A stretch of DNA of 63,935 nt, filler included, from Globobulimina sp. (GCA_003354225.1; 55 parts of 55 records of this genome joined end to end with filler, not necessarily neighbours in it), one strand, 5' to 3'; counted from the first letter of the whole stretch, positions 1 through 11,891 are shown. A program made the numbers and translations. Notes: generated from the sequence alone by a model not told the origin.

Positions 1-2
1 GC

Positions 3-1066
3 AAGGTTCGGTTCCGTGGTGTTGGCAAAATAACATTTATTGGAAATTTAGAACATACAGAAACGAGCATATGGTATGGCATACATTTAAATGAACGAAC
101 GGGCAGACACGACGGCACTGTCAATGGTGTAAAATATTTCAAATGTCCCCCTCAATATGGATTACATTGCAGGCAAAACCATTTGACATTAATCAATGAC
201 GAAATTAAACAAAATGAAGACATAAAAAAAGATCCGGATCCAGACGATGATGAACTTCCACCAAATTTATATTTGAATTCCAATTCCATTGCACGAGCAC
301 CAAATTCATTCAGTTACGTTGTTTATAATATACATGTATTCATGTCATGTGTTGAATATATAATGTCGAAGTGATAGGTTTTAAGTCACCAACTAAAAGT
401 ATGCACTTATTGCTGCCGGGGGTACAAAAATATGAAGAAAGTGTGTCGGTTTCGCCAGCTTCTCCAAGCTACAGCAACATAGTGAACGGACAACCGTTGT
501 ACAAGAATACAGTCTCAATTCGCAATATTATTCCCGCGGATGCTTTCCGGCCCACATTATCCGTTCATGTATTACCGGGCCTACACGGACCAAATACAAA
601 TGAGGCTGATAATAAACACAGTAAACCGATAGCCAGTTTAATCAAATCGATTACTACCGTGGTCTTACCCGGTTATCGCGATAAATTAAAAAAACGAAAG
701 TTTTTGCAACATTTCGACTACAATGAATTTGAGGATGAATTAGGTGACGGCGAGTTTGGCGTAGTGTATAAATGCAGGAAACTTCATGTTGAATTTGAAG
801 CTGTTCCATCAACACCAACGCTTATTAGAAATACCACGTTTGGACTGGGCAGTGTTACGTATACGGGTACGCCAGATACGTATACTGGACATGGACACTG
901 TAGCTATTCTGGTATATACGTAAAACGTTTTCCATTTGTAATTTGTATATTTTTTTTAATTTGTGGCACTGTATATAGGTATGCACAGTGCACAGAATTC
1001 ATATTCATTGTCATGGAGCAGCGAAGATGATGAAGACAACATTCATAATAAAGATGATGGTGATGA
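3..1066 (+). CDS. CAP-Gly domain protein continuing into a probable protein kinase N-lobe (partial; introns 313-377 and ~912-978)
   Basis: Frame 3 gives KITFIGNL..WYGIHLNERTGRHDGTVNGVKYFKC (CAP-Gly). The GT-AG intron at 313-377 restores frame into LGDGEFGVVYKC (kinase Gly-loop). Confidence 0.75.
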
Positions 1067-1166
1067 NNNNNNNNNNNNNNNNNNNNNNNNNNNNNNNNNN
1101 NNNNNNNNNNTTAATTAATTAANNNNNNNNNNNNNNNNNNNNNNNNNNNNNNNNNNNNNNNNNNNN
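1067..1166. other. Artificial contig linker N44-TTAATTAATTAA-N44 (first of 54, recurring every ~1165 nt up to 62872)
   Basis: Identical 100-nt spacer with a stop-in-all-frames core; flanking contigs fall in length from 1066 to 1063 nt and are unrelated to each other. Confidence 0.99.
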
Positions 1167-1627
1167 TCAATGGTTTATTAATAATTCCACGCATTGGAAT
1201 ATTTCATTAAACAAAGCAAGCTTATTTTTTCCAAACTATTATTTACAAAATTTGATTGATTCATATTTGGAAATAAAATTGATTTGTAAATATATGAAAT
1301 AAATATGACTGCAAGAAAATAATCCAAATAAATATGACTGCGGAATTAACCGTTTCTGACCATTTTATCTCAATTTATGATTTACAACAACTGCCGGTTC
1401 AGTATCGCCGCATTATAACCTCGCATATCATCAGAGAGATTGAAACATGATATTATGATTTTAAAGAACAATTTTTATGCAAAGTTTTCGATATTTATGA
1501 AAAAGAATATAATTAAAACATTAAAAAATCACTTCACGACAATGTTATTTATGAGTGGTGCCACTTATTTATTTTTAATATTTATTTTTTTATTATCATG
1601 AAGAAGTGTTTGAAAAAAAATATATTT

Positions 1628-1748
1628 GGTTAGTTTGAATAGTTTGGAAAGATCTAGTTGGTATTTAGTATGAATTGCAGGAGTTTGAATAGTTTGAAAA
1701 GAATAGTAAAAGTTTGGAAAGTTTGATATATTTTGAAAAGTTTGAAAC
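1628..1748. repeat. Degenerate 9-10 bp minisatellite (AGTTTGRAW)
   Basis: Repeated agtttgaat / agtttggaa / agtttgaaa units. Confidence 0.6.
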
Positions 1749-1865
1749 ATGGATCTTATCAAACCACATGTGCCTCTTTGAAATAACTTAGGTTTTTCCC
1801 AAAAAGAAAATAATTGTGTCGCAGATGTCAGTTCTGCAAACCTAGTTACAAAACATAAGTTGAAT

Positions 1866-2150
1866 TTATGCTATATCATCAATATTAGTTGAATTGTTAT
1901 GGTTTATATTTGGGTGCATATAAGAATGGCAGCAAAAACTGAAATTGGCCCAAATGCGCATAATATACCAATACCACCACCGACAACAAAGCAAGGAAGG
2001 CAACGACGATAAAGGCCACACCAACAACAAAAGGAACACAAACAGCAACAATAAAAGGCATAGAAGGAGGCATAGACTGCTGCAGTCACCACAGCCACAC
2101 CAACAACAGAAAAGAGTGTTTAATGGAACATAAGCAATTATTAAAGCTGA
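1866..2150 (-). CDS. Cys-rich hydrophobic membrane protein, 3' part
   Basis: FCCWCGCGDCSSLC..LLLLFVFLLLLVWPL..LCCRWWYWY; no family recognised. Confidence 0.4.
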   Translation of the reverse strand, partial: SALIIAYVPLNTLFCCWCGCGDCSSLCLLLCLLLLLFVFLLLLVWPLSSLPSLLCCRWWYWYIMRIWANFSFCCHSYMHPNINHNNSTNIDDIA

Positions 2151-2332
2151 AATATCAAATATGAGATATTAACAATGGTAGAGATATCAGATCGATAAAT
2201 GTTATAGTGCTCTTTAGATTTAGATTTGTTATNNNNNNNNNNNNNNNNNNNNNNNNNNNNNNNNNNNNNNNNNNNNTTAATTAATTAANNNNNNNNNNNN
2301 NNNNNNNNNNNNNNNNNNNNNNNNNNNNNNNN

Positions 2333-3398
2333 AAACAATAATTTGTGCCATATATGGACATCCGGACAAATGCATAACAATTTATATATTCAATTGTATT
2401 TCTAACACAATTTGTAAAGCCAACAATACAGACATTCACACAGTTAATGCACGCATTATGCCGCCGATTATCTCTCACCAACGACCGTAACATATCTATA
2501 CATGTTTTAATTGCCTGCATAATGGCAATAATAAGCGAGCCGTAAGCAATACTCCCAAACGATGTGGTTATGGCTCTTTTAAATGCATAATACACTACGT
2601 AGGTTGCTCTACGATTTGGATATAAAAAATACCAGAACGCTACGCAGCCACTAATGGAGGAATAACATATATTTGTAATCACTTGAAAGGTCCAATAATA
2701 TGCAATTACATATAAGAATATGACAGCTTTGGTCGATTGTGTGCCTCCGATGGAATAAGAAAAGCCCATACTCCATATTATCAACCATAATATCTGTAAT
2801 ATGCTGCATAATAATGAGATGAAATAGGTGGCCGTGAATTTATTCAATGCGTCCATGGATAATATAAGCAACGCAGTGGTGAATTGAACGCGATGTCGGA
2901 TGAGGAATATCCAAATGAATTGGATGAATGCTATGAATAATACACTTATTCCCACCCAAATGGAACCGAATGAAAACATTATAATGAAGCCATATATTAC
3001 AAAAAATAAAAATGACACTATTAAGGAAAACCATATCACAAAATCTGCAAATTTGCGAACAATCATTAACATTATACACGTGGTACAGAGCGAGATTACA
3101 ATGGATATTGTGATTAATTTCCAAAAATGTTGGTTAAGATAATCATTATTTGAATTTGGCGAATTTGAGTCAAATGTATCTTTATTTTGCATGTAAAAAT
3201 AGAGTGATAATATTGATATTAATAAGAGCCAGATTATGAATAATATTGCAAACATTTTATCTTGATATGGTGCGTCTGTACGGAATCGATCTTCTTCGCG
3301 TACAATTAATTTCTGTAACTCGGGAGTACGCTCTTTACTCGCCCCGATAGCTTTATTCCCCAGAAGGTCAAGGAACGACCGTGCCTTGGCTCGTTCGG
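2333..3398 (-). CDS. Choline transporter-like (CTL/SLC44, Pns1) family protein, partial
   Basis: Multi-TM ORF open across the contig; YQDKMFAILF, WTFQVITNI, AITTSFGSIAYGSLIIAI, YAFVRMSIYGTNYC. Confidence 0.9.
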
Positions 3399-3590
3399 NN
3401 NNNNNNNNNNNNNNNNNNNNNNNNNNNNNNNNNNNNNNNNNNTTAATTAATTAANNNNNNNNNNNNNNNNNNNNNNNNNNNNNNNNNNNNNNNNNNNNAA
3501 TTTTGCTGTAATAAAAATAAAAGAGATACAGTTATTTTTAATATATTTCCCACAATTTCTGTTTTGACTGTTTGCTTGTATATATTTTAG

Positions 3591-4376
3591 TTTGTAGCAA
3601 CATTTGGGTTTGTTGATGGTGTTGGCGTTCCAGAGCCTCCTGCGATTACAGTGAAAGAGATATGTGACTCATCAGTAAAACTCGTTGGTGCATTTGAAAA
3701 AGGAGCGGTTGAATGTTTGCAAGTCGATGTAGCTGAATTTAAAGGAGCTTATGAGAGTGACATGAAATTAGAATGGAAAACTGATCGATTTGAAGTGAAA
3801 CAAGCCAATGAAGAATATGATGTACAACAATTGAAATCAGAATGTGATTATGTTTTGAAAGCAAAATGTAAAAACGGAAAGGGATGGAGTCAATATGCTT
3901 CTGTTCAAACTTTTAAAACGAAAAAAGATGAGCTTAAATTTGTGTTATATAATTCATCACATTTTGCGGTAAGCAATAATGGTAAAACAATAAAAGGGCG
4001 TAGCCATTGCTATGCGTCAAGTGCGTATATTGGAAGTGGATATAATTCAGGAATTCATTCGTGGTCAATAAAAAGAGTAGGAAAAGCTGCGTGTGCAAGT
4101 GTAGTTGGTATTTTTGCTGGAACAAGAAACACTGAGTCAAGGAATGGTACGCATCATTATTTTTATAATAAGGCTGGACATTCGTATTATTATTCCAATA
4201 TGGGCAGTAATGATGTGGTGAAAATAATTTTAGATTGTATCAATTGGGGTGTCACCTTTTTCATAAATAAAAAACAAAAAAAGCAAGACAACATTGAGAT
4301 GAATCAGACATATTATTTTGCTTTGACTTCTTGTGGAGCTGCTGCATATTGTCATTATGAAATTGTATCAGACTAA
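3591..4376 (+). CDS. Fibronectin type III + SPRY/B30.2-like domain protein, 3' part
   Basis: QLKSECDYVLKAKCKNGKGWSQY (FN3); GYNSGIHSWSIK, DVVKIILDC..VTFFIN, YYFAL (SPRY-like). Confidence 0.7.
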   Translation, partial: FVATFGFVDGVGVPEPPAITVKEICDSSVKLVGAFEKGAVECLQVDVAEFKGAYESDMKLEWKTDRFEVKQANEEYDVQQLKSECDYVLKAKCKNGKGWSQYASVQTFKTKKDELKFVLYNSSHFAVSNNGKTIKGRSHCYASSAYIGSGYNSGIHSWSIKRVGKAACASVVGIFAGTRNTESRNGTHHYFYNKAGHSYYYSNMGSNDVVKIILDCINWGVTFFINKKQKKQDNIEMNQTYYFALTSCGAAAYCHYEIVSD

Positions 4377-4663
4377 ACTCATGCTGCAATTTAATCATGA
4401 CATGTATTGAAGCTTTTGAACAGATTTTAAGTGATTTTTCTATATTTTGAAAGTTTTTCTTGAAAACGTCAGCTACTTTTGAGTTAAGACCATGGATGAA
4501 AAAAAAGGAGAATTTCTCGAACAATCGCTAGCTTTGGATCGCGAAGTAATAACCGTTGGTTTANNNNNNNNNNNNNNNNNNNNNNNNNNNNNNNNNNNNN
4601 NNNNNNNTTAATTAATTAANNNNNNNNNNNNNNNNNNNNNNNNNNNNNNNNNNNNNNNNNNNN

Positions 4664-5656
4664 TTATAACATTTGCCATTTGTTCTTCGAAATTTAACAA
4701 TTAATGCTGACAATAATTCCATTCTATATTTACAATGCTTGCTATCAACAAAAGCCTGCGGCACTGCCAACCGTGCATTTGATTGTGCGATTCTTAGTGT
4801 TTTATCTAATGCGTTCTTAAACGCATAAATCAACTCTGTTAACTGCAAAAATTTATTTCGTTTATCAAAAAATGCGACGTTTCCCATTACTTTTCTGATT
4901 CGATCTTGATTGGTCGTCAGTCGCTCCTCCCAATTCACCTGGATATACATTACAAATACAGAACGTATACAGTAATTACTTAATTAACGCGATTTACTTT
5001 CAGATAACTAAATATACCTCAACCGAAAATGTTTCATCATACAATAAATCTGATGCAGATTTAAAAAATTTGGTCCTTTGTGGCAAATAACCATTATTTG
5101 GTTCATTTAATTTTTTTAATAATTCATTTTGTGATAGAAATGAATGTCGAATGCCACCAAATTGTGTTCTCCATTTTTGTGCATTTCGAATATTGTTTGG
5201 TGTTAATAAAATATACAATAAATTATGATCGCGGCGTCTGAGCAAACCAGTGTTGAAAACTAAATACATATTTTGCAGTATAATTGCTTGTTTGGCAAAT
5301 ACTTGACATCTAAATATATAATCCAAATACTTATATAATAATACATTAGCTTTACCCCACTTTTCTTTTATTATATACTGTGATAATCTGCACGTACAGT
5401 CTTTGCTTATATAAACAAAATCTTTTAATTGAATTTGATCTTTATTCTCTGGTTCAAATATTGTGATGGAATTATCTGACACAGCGGAGGAACTGTTGCT
5501 TTGTTTTAATTTTTCATCATACGAATTGCTGGATTTGCTGCTATATAATGACGATGACGATTCTTTTGCCATCAGTTGGTCAATATCATCAACTACGGAT
5601 GATAGCATGCTGTCCATATCAACAGCATTGATATATGCGTTAATTACATCATCCAT
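4664..5656 (-). CDS. DUF3825-like domain protein, partial; phase-0 intron 4939-5017
   Basis: LYKYLDYIF..VFNTGLL..LYILL..W..LPQRTKFF..DLLYD..|VNWEE..N.DRI..ALDKTLRIAQSNARLAVPQ matches the DUF3825 pattern; a GT..CAG intron joins the two ORFs in frame. Confidence 0.7.
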
Positions 5657-5828
5657 TTTGTAGTTTTAGAACCTAAAAAAAGTCCTGAATAACCAGTTTT
5701 TTTTTTGACATGCTACGGACTTTAAACANNNNNNNNNNNNNNNNNNNNNNNNNNNNNNNNNNNNNNNNNNNNTTAATTAATTAANNNNNNNNNNNNNNNN
5801 NNNNNNNNNNNNNNNNNNNNNNNNNNNN

Positions 5829-5947
5829 TAGTATCCTTGAGCACTGCCAAATCTGGCCACGTAATGCCAATGGCTCGGCATATGAGCTGCACTCAGTGTA
5901 ATTTGTTCATATCCGGTCATGCTTCCCATTGTATTTGAATCACCATT
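5829..5947 (-). CDS. Fragment with phage tail-collar/tail-fibre-like motif
   Basis: NTMGSMTGYEQITLSAAHMPSHWHYV resembles G..GG.E..TL....MPSH.H. Confidence 0.5.
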
Positions 5948-5982
5948 TTATGTGAAACAATCAATTTTATGTGAAACAATCA
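5945..5982. repeat. Perfect 19-bp tandem duplication ATTTTATGTGAAACAATCA
   Basis: Two adjacent identical copies. Confidence 0.9.
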
Positions 5983-6504
5983 ATATATTTGTGATTGGTT
6001 TTATTGTTTTAATTAATTAGTCTCTAATATATTATATTTTTGCTAATTTTATTCTTTTTAACAATTATTAACAAATCAAAAACAAAGAAACAGTCATTGA
6101 AATATTTATTTATTCCTTTTTTTCCTCTCAATAACATTAATTTATTACAATATCTCTTTCCTTATTTATATAAGCATACACTTTTTAGTTTTTCTTTTAT
6201 TTTCTTTTTTCAAAAGCAAACAATATAATTTATTTTCTTTTTCTCCAAAATATTCAATATTATTATGTTCTTTGTCTTTTTTTTCTTTTCTTTTCTTTTT
6301 TCATATATATATATATGCTTTGTTTCTTTTTTGTGTTTGTGTTAAGTCAAACGCCGGTAATAAATATAAAGTCTGAACATACAGTTTCTTTACATTTATT
6401 AAGGTAGTTTCTCCACTTGGTGTTAGCGAAAGCTTTTGTTGCATCTTATGGAAACATTGTTTTTTGTTATGATGATTTTGCACTGTCCTATTTATAGGTA
6501 AAAT

Positions 6505-6893
6505 TGAGTGGCTATTTTAATTAAATTTAGGAGCTGTCTTGTTTTAGCAGCACCCACACCGTAAAAAAAATTATATCTCATCGCCCATATTATAAACAAC
6601 AGCATAAATTCAATCAATCACATTTACAATATCTCAAATGCGATCTTAAGTGCTGTCAAGGCAATCGTAGTGGGCGCTGCATACATTGTAACGGTATCTA
6701 AGACGTTGAACACTTACTATTATATTGTCGCTCCTATCGCTATGCCCGTCAACCATTTCTGAATTTAATCTCATTAATGTACGCTCGATATCGATTGGAA
6801 ATTAACCTGAAAACGATCCTGTTTCCTCCGAAGGATTTGCGATGGAGACACCGAAAGATGATTTTAATGTCTATTTTATCGTTTGTAATTAGG
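6505..6893 (+). mobile_element. Degenerate non-LTR retrotransposon ORF2 C-terminal Cys/His zinc knuckle
   Basis: GRCIHCNGI*DVEHLLLYCRSYRYARQPF (C-x2-C..EH..C..Y..R) with an internal stop and a disrupted upstream frame. Confidence 0.65.
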
Positions 6894-6993
6894 NNNNNNN
6901 NNNNNNNNNNNNNNNNNNNNNNNNNNNNNNNNNNNNNTTAATTAATTAANNNNNNNNNNNNNNNNNNNNNNNNNNNNNNNNNNNNNNNNNNNN

Positions 6994-7544
6994 TTATTTT
7001 TTTTCCGTTTCTTTCTGGGTGGTGACAGTGATACGGATGACATAGAATCCTCATCAAAATCCAATGAGCCTCTCTTCCGTTTTCTATTTTTTCTCTTTCT
7101 TTTGCTCTTGCTTTGGATGGGCGAGCATAATAATTCAATATCGGATGACATTGACATTGACTCACTTTCATCATCATCATCGTCCTCATTTTTATTTTTA
7201 TTTTTATTATTTGTATTATCATCATCCTTCGATTGAGATTGTAAGTCATCATATGACACAGTGTAAAGACCAAATTCTCCATCATCAGAATCAGCGTTTG
7301 CATCATTTTCATTTTCTGAATCACTTTTGTTTTTTGATTTTTTGGATTTTTTAGGTGTTTTCTTCTTTTTTTTCTTTTTTTGATATTGAGAAAGTACTTG
7401 ATATCTGGCCTGCGCTCTTTGTTGCGTCTCTTCTTGCAGTCTTTTCTCTGCTTGTTTTATATCCACTGATAGTGATACAGACGTTTCAGGTGTATCTGAT
7501 TCGTCATTTGATAGCTTACGCTTTTTATTTTTTTTACGCGGCAT
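6994..7544 (-). CDS. Lys/Asp/Ser-rich probable nuclear protein, N-terminal part
   Basis: MPRKKNKKRK..., low complexity with NLS-like tracts. Confidence 0.55.
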
Positions 7545-7586
7545 TATGAATACTGTGCATACCAAAAAACTTTGACTGAACAAACA

Positions 7587-8024
7587 ATGTCAACTGAACT
7601 TACTACAAACAATACGGACAATGTAAATAATACAAACAACACAGACCATGTAAATAATACAGATAATATACCTCCATTGGATGACAAAAATGAAAGTAAC
7701 ACAATAGGACAGAAACGATCAGTTCAGGAAATTAGTAATGAGACACACGACTTAGAACCACCAACAAAGAAATTAAAAACAGCACATCCCATCACACCAA
7801 CCATTGAGGAAAACAATAAAAATCAACAGCCAGACCAAGATAATGCCATTAACCTCCAACATCAAAACACATCAACTTCAGACAGCAACGACCAACAAAA
7901 GCAAAATAATACAGAAAGTATGCCAGAACCGAGTTGCAGCATGGAACCAAACAACAACAATAACAACAACAATGACAATGACCATACGCAAGACACACCG
8001 GACGATATCGAGCTCGATTTGTGA
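7587..8024 (+). CDS. Asn/Thr-rich disordered protein N-terminus (probably first exon)
   Basis: MSTELTT..EPPTKKLK (NLS-like); possible GTGAGT donor near 8021. Confidence 0.5.
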   Translation: MSTELTTNNTDNVNNTNNTDHVNNTDNIPPLDDKNESNTIGQKRSVQEISNETHDLEPPTKKLKTAHPITPTIEENNKNQQPDQDNAINLQHQNTSTSDSNDQQKQNNTESMPEPSCSMEPNNNNNNNNDNDHTQDTPDDIELDL

Positions 8025-8579
8025 GTGAATTCGACCGCCTGCACCCGGCTGTTCAGCANNNNNNNNNNNNNNNNNNNNNNNNNNNNNNNNNNNNNNNNNN
8101 NNTTAATTAATTAANNNNNNNNNNNNNNNNNNNNNNNNNNNNNNNNNNNNNNNNNNNNATTCTGAATAATTGTAGAAATTGGAATAATTATTGAAATCTT
8201 GAAAAACTGTGGTATTTTGTATTTTAAGTCAAAAAAGAGGGAAAAGACAATCCAGATTCCACAATTTTAGTAATTTCATCTTTTTTGCAATATCATTACT
8301 TTTTAGAAATTATGGGAATTTGCAGTATTTGGCACTATTTGCTCAAAAAATGGCAAAAGAGTTAGTGTGCTCATACCTAGGTTTTTGGGTTAGCAGAGGT
8401 CCGTGGTTTTCAACCTAGTATTATGAAACTAAGCGGTTACTAAGCCAAAAAAGTTAATTGCTAATTTAGCAATTAATTGAAACTGTTTTTAGTGGAGTAA
8501 TGAAAGAAAAAAACATTAAATAAATAATACATATCCGATTTACCCACACCCTCAAAAAACTAAATCCATTGTCAATTTA

Positions 8580-9223
8580 TCATATACGTCCCTTTCCCTT
8601 TCTATTTCTTCCCTTTCTATTTCTTGAGCATGAATCAAAATTTCCACCAAAATCCCATTCAATTCCAGCCGCCGTGGACAGTACAACACCATTTGATTGG
8701 ACAACTTGATTGCTACTACTTGTAATTTTAAAATCAACCGAAACTGTAGATGATAAAAAGGGATTATCACCCATTTGAAACGAACAATCACCATTCTCAG
8801 TATAACCAGTCACCCATTCACTTGCATGCGATTGTTTTACTTGAACATCTGTACAATCTGTAACCACGCAGCCAGACATCAACGAGTTCATTATATTATC
8901 GACATAGACAGCCCACCACCACACCGGTGCTCCAACAGATGGCGTTTCCAACGCAAATCCTGCAAAAAAAAACTATTTCTACAAATCTTTACAATGAAAA
9001 AAGAGTGCATGCAATGTACCTTTTACTTTAACACAAATGTTACCATCAACACAACCAGAGCCACCTCCATAACTCGTAGGAGTAAGCGTAGTTGCAACAG
9101 GTGCGGGAGTAGCAGCAGGCAGCGATGTCGCATCTGGATCCCAATCAGCAGCAACCACCTCATTGGCGAGTTGGAATTGCGGCGATTGGTTGTTTTCAGT
9201 ATAAAATTGCCAACACATAAAGC
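8580..9223 (-). CDS. Protein with expansin C-terminal (CBM63-like) domain after a Pro/Thr linker; intron 8960-9019
   Basis: VWWWAVYV..DVQVKQS..EW..SVDFKITSSSNQVVQSNGVV..GIEWDFGGNF; the intron restores frame (VKVK-G-FALETP). Confidence 0.55.
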
Positions 9224-9401
9224 NNNNNNNNNNNNNNNNNNNNNNNNNNNNNNNNNNNNNNNNNNNNTTAATTAATTAANNNNNNNNNNNNNNNNNNNNN
9301 NNNNNNNNNNNNNNNNNNNNNNNAGTGTTATTTCGAGATGGAACCATCTGTTCGAATGTTTTATCATTGACGCCAATCCCCTGACGGATTGCGTTACCAC
9401 C

Positions 9402-10388
9402 ATGGAAGAGGTAAAATCATTATCTATAAATACATATTTTAAGCTTAAGCTGAATGCACTGGAACATTCTATAAATTATTCATATCATTCTATGCTATCG
9501 TTGAGAAGGCAGATTATGATAATCTCGAATATTATTAATAATAATTCCATCGTTTATCATAAGCTCATTCAAACATTTATTAACATGCATAACAACCATA
9601 TGAATATAAGAAGAAATGAGAAATATGTTTGGTTCCATATGCATGTCAGCAAAGCAGCGGGGCGGACAATAAGTTCTACATTAAAACATACAGAGCGTTT
9701 ATTTTCATCCAGATCCAGATCTGAATTTGAAGCCAAACCTCAGTATGCTGGCTATCATGGAACCTCTTCGAATAAACCATGTCGTGAACAATATCTATAT
9801 GCAAAATTGCCATCGCACATTGCAAGAGAAGACCCAATGATGACTTATAGCGATGATCATTTAGTTATAATTCCAAATAGCGGTAACAACAAAACAAACG
9901 ATATGAATCATGCAAAGCCCTCTCTTTGCCGCAAATTTATTTATTTGTTATCATTCCGTGAACCTTTGGAAAGAATATGCTCTCAAATGTCACAGTTTAA
10001 CAATCAATTTGCTTTCGGCGGGAAAAATTTTTTGAGAACGTCATCGTCAATGTCGTCGATTGCGAAAAACGAAAATAAAAAGCAAAAAAAATATGAATCG
10101 AAAAATTTAAATGTGGGGAAAACAGTTTGGGGATGGTGGAGAAACTATTGTTATACACAAGGTATTATGATAAATGGAGTGGAATATAGATTGATATTGA
10201 ATGGAAATGATTATATGGGTTTGTATAAAACATTAATTAATTCGCAGACTGCTGATGGACAACAACATATTTATTCAAATCAAGATGTTAAGCAAATGAC
10301 TGCTGAGACATCCACGTTATCAAAGTATAAATTGTGGCAATTTGATGTACCGTTTTGTTTCAGGAACAAAAAAGGCGTTCATTTATTT
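9402..10388 (+). CDS. Sulfotransferase-like protein, partial
   Basis: 5'-PSB-like FHMHVSKAAGRTI and 3'-PB-like YLLSFREPLERICSQ motifs. Confidence 0.75.
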
Positions 10389-10488
10389 NNNNNNNNNNNN
10401 NNNNNNNNNNNNNNNNNNNNNNNNNNNNNNNNTTAATTAATTAANNNNNNNNNNNNNNNNNNNNNNNNNNNNNNNNNNNNNNNNNNNN

Positions 10489-10637
10489 ACCCAGGTTGGT
10501 CGAGGAGTGCCACAATCAGCACATTTATCATTTTTTAAGTTTGATTTTTTACTCAATTTCTTTACTTTTTTGCAATATTTTCTTGCTTCACGTTCTTTCT
10601 TTGACATTGTGCTCACAGATTTGCTTTTTTTCTGCAT
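10489..10637 (-). CDS. ArfGAP domain start, fragment
   Basis: NDKCADCGTPRPTW (ArfGAP zinc-finger start). Confidence 0.75.
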
Positions 10638-10668
10638 CTCCTAGGCCTGGGCCTATATATGCAACATA

Positions 10669-11379
10669 ATGACAAGCGATTTACCAAGTTACAATCATCC
10701 AACATTATATCCAACACGACCCACTACAACATCAGAATATGCGGATGCAGAATGCATCGGAATATGTGGCACGCCGGGGCCACTATTTGACGTTGGAATT
10801 GGTGTTCTACATTCAAATAACTACACAGCGACCATCATTATAATCGTTGGAACAATAGTATTGTTCGGAGGAGCAATTGTTGGAGGATGTTGGTACAGAA
10901 AAAAGAAGCAATCGAAAGAGATTGATAATGAGAGGGAGCGAATGAAAAACGAAATGGAAAAGAAGGCACAGGCTATGAAAGAAGCAGACGATGCTGCAAT
11001 CAGTACAATAATAGATGTTATAGGATGCGATAAAGAGGAGGCAATGTTTGCATATCAATCCCAACAAAAGAACCAACAATCTGCGATTAATTATTTATTA
11101 GAAAAGAAAGAACACGGAAACAAAGATAACGTATTTGTTAATCTTGCATATGGAGATATAGATAGTGTAAAACATGGAGATGTTGTCAAAGAAATGGTTA
11201 TTAATAACGATGTTGTTAAGGAAATAAATGCAACGTATAACAGCAATATACGGGATGAAGATGATGAAATGGGAAACGATGAGGCTGTTATAAAAGAATT
11301 GGATGAAGATTATAATAATTATGTTGAGAACGCTAGAAGAGAAACATATGGCGAATATAAGTTTGTGTTGAAGATGTGA
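10669..11379 (+). CDS. Single-pass membrane protein with cytoplasmic UBA-like domain (probably 5'-truncated)
   Basis: TM IIIIVGTIVLFGGAIVGGCWY then RKKK; IIDVIGCDKEEAMFAY..NQQSAINYLL (UBA-like). Confidence 0.65.
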   Translation: MTSDLPSYNHPTLYPTRPTTTSEYADAECIGICGTPGPLFDVGIGVLHSNNYTATIIIIVGTIVLFGGAIVGGCWYRKKKQSKEIDNERERMKNEMEKKAQAMKEADDAAISTIIDVIGCDKEEAMFAYQSQQKNQQSAINYLLEKKEHGNKDNVFVNLAYGDIDSVKHGDVVKEMVINNDVVKEINATYNSNIRDEDDEMGNDEAVIKELDEDYNNYVENARRETYGEYKFVLKM

Positions 11380-11653
11380 ATCAGAAACATACGTTTTTTA
11401 TGTTATTGTATTGTTGAACCTATATCACAAATTGTCGGATTTATTCATTAGACAAAAGGATTTATATAATTATTTATTAAAGCTGTTTTTAATAATTATA
11501 ATCTGAGCTATATGCTCAGCTGCACGACAATCAAACACATACAATTAATTGATNNNNNNNNNNNNNNNNNNNNNNNNNNNNNNNNNNNNNNNNNNNNTTA
11601 ATTAATTAANNNNNNNNNNNNNNNNNNNNNNNNNNNNNNNNNNNNNNNNNNNN

Positions 11654-11891
11654 AATGTTCAGACACAAAGCCTGTGATATACATTGCTAAAATACCAATG
11701 GCAAATAAGCCATATAAAAATGGTATTAATCGGCCAAATATATTAATAAATTTCTTTCCCGCTTCCACTTCTTCATCGCGCATCGAATATTGGGCGGTTA
11801 CATCACGTCGGGAAGCTCGGTAATTATGTTTTTTTAAAACATTTTGTTGTTCGTTACGATCGGCCATTTCCAATTTCACTTCGGATGCCAT
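11654..11891 (-). CDS. Membrane protein N-terminus, unknown
   Basis: MASEVKLEM.. followed by TM segment LIPFLYGLFAIGILAMYITGF. Confidence 0.55.

Noticed and set aside
10638-10668. In-frame TAG upstream of the ArfGAP as further stop-recoding evidence
   Set aside because: The position is not conserved and lies at a probable chimeric junction or 5' UTR, so it cannot be evaluated.
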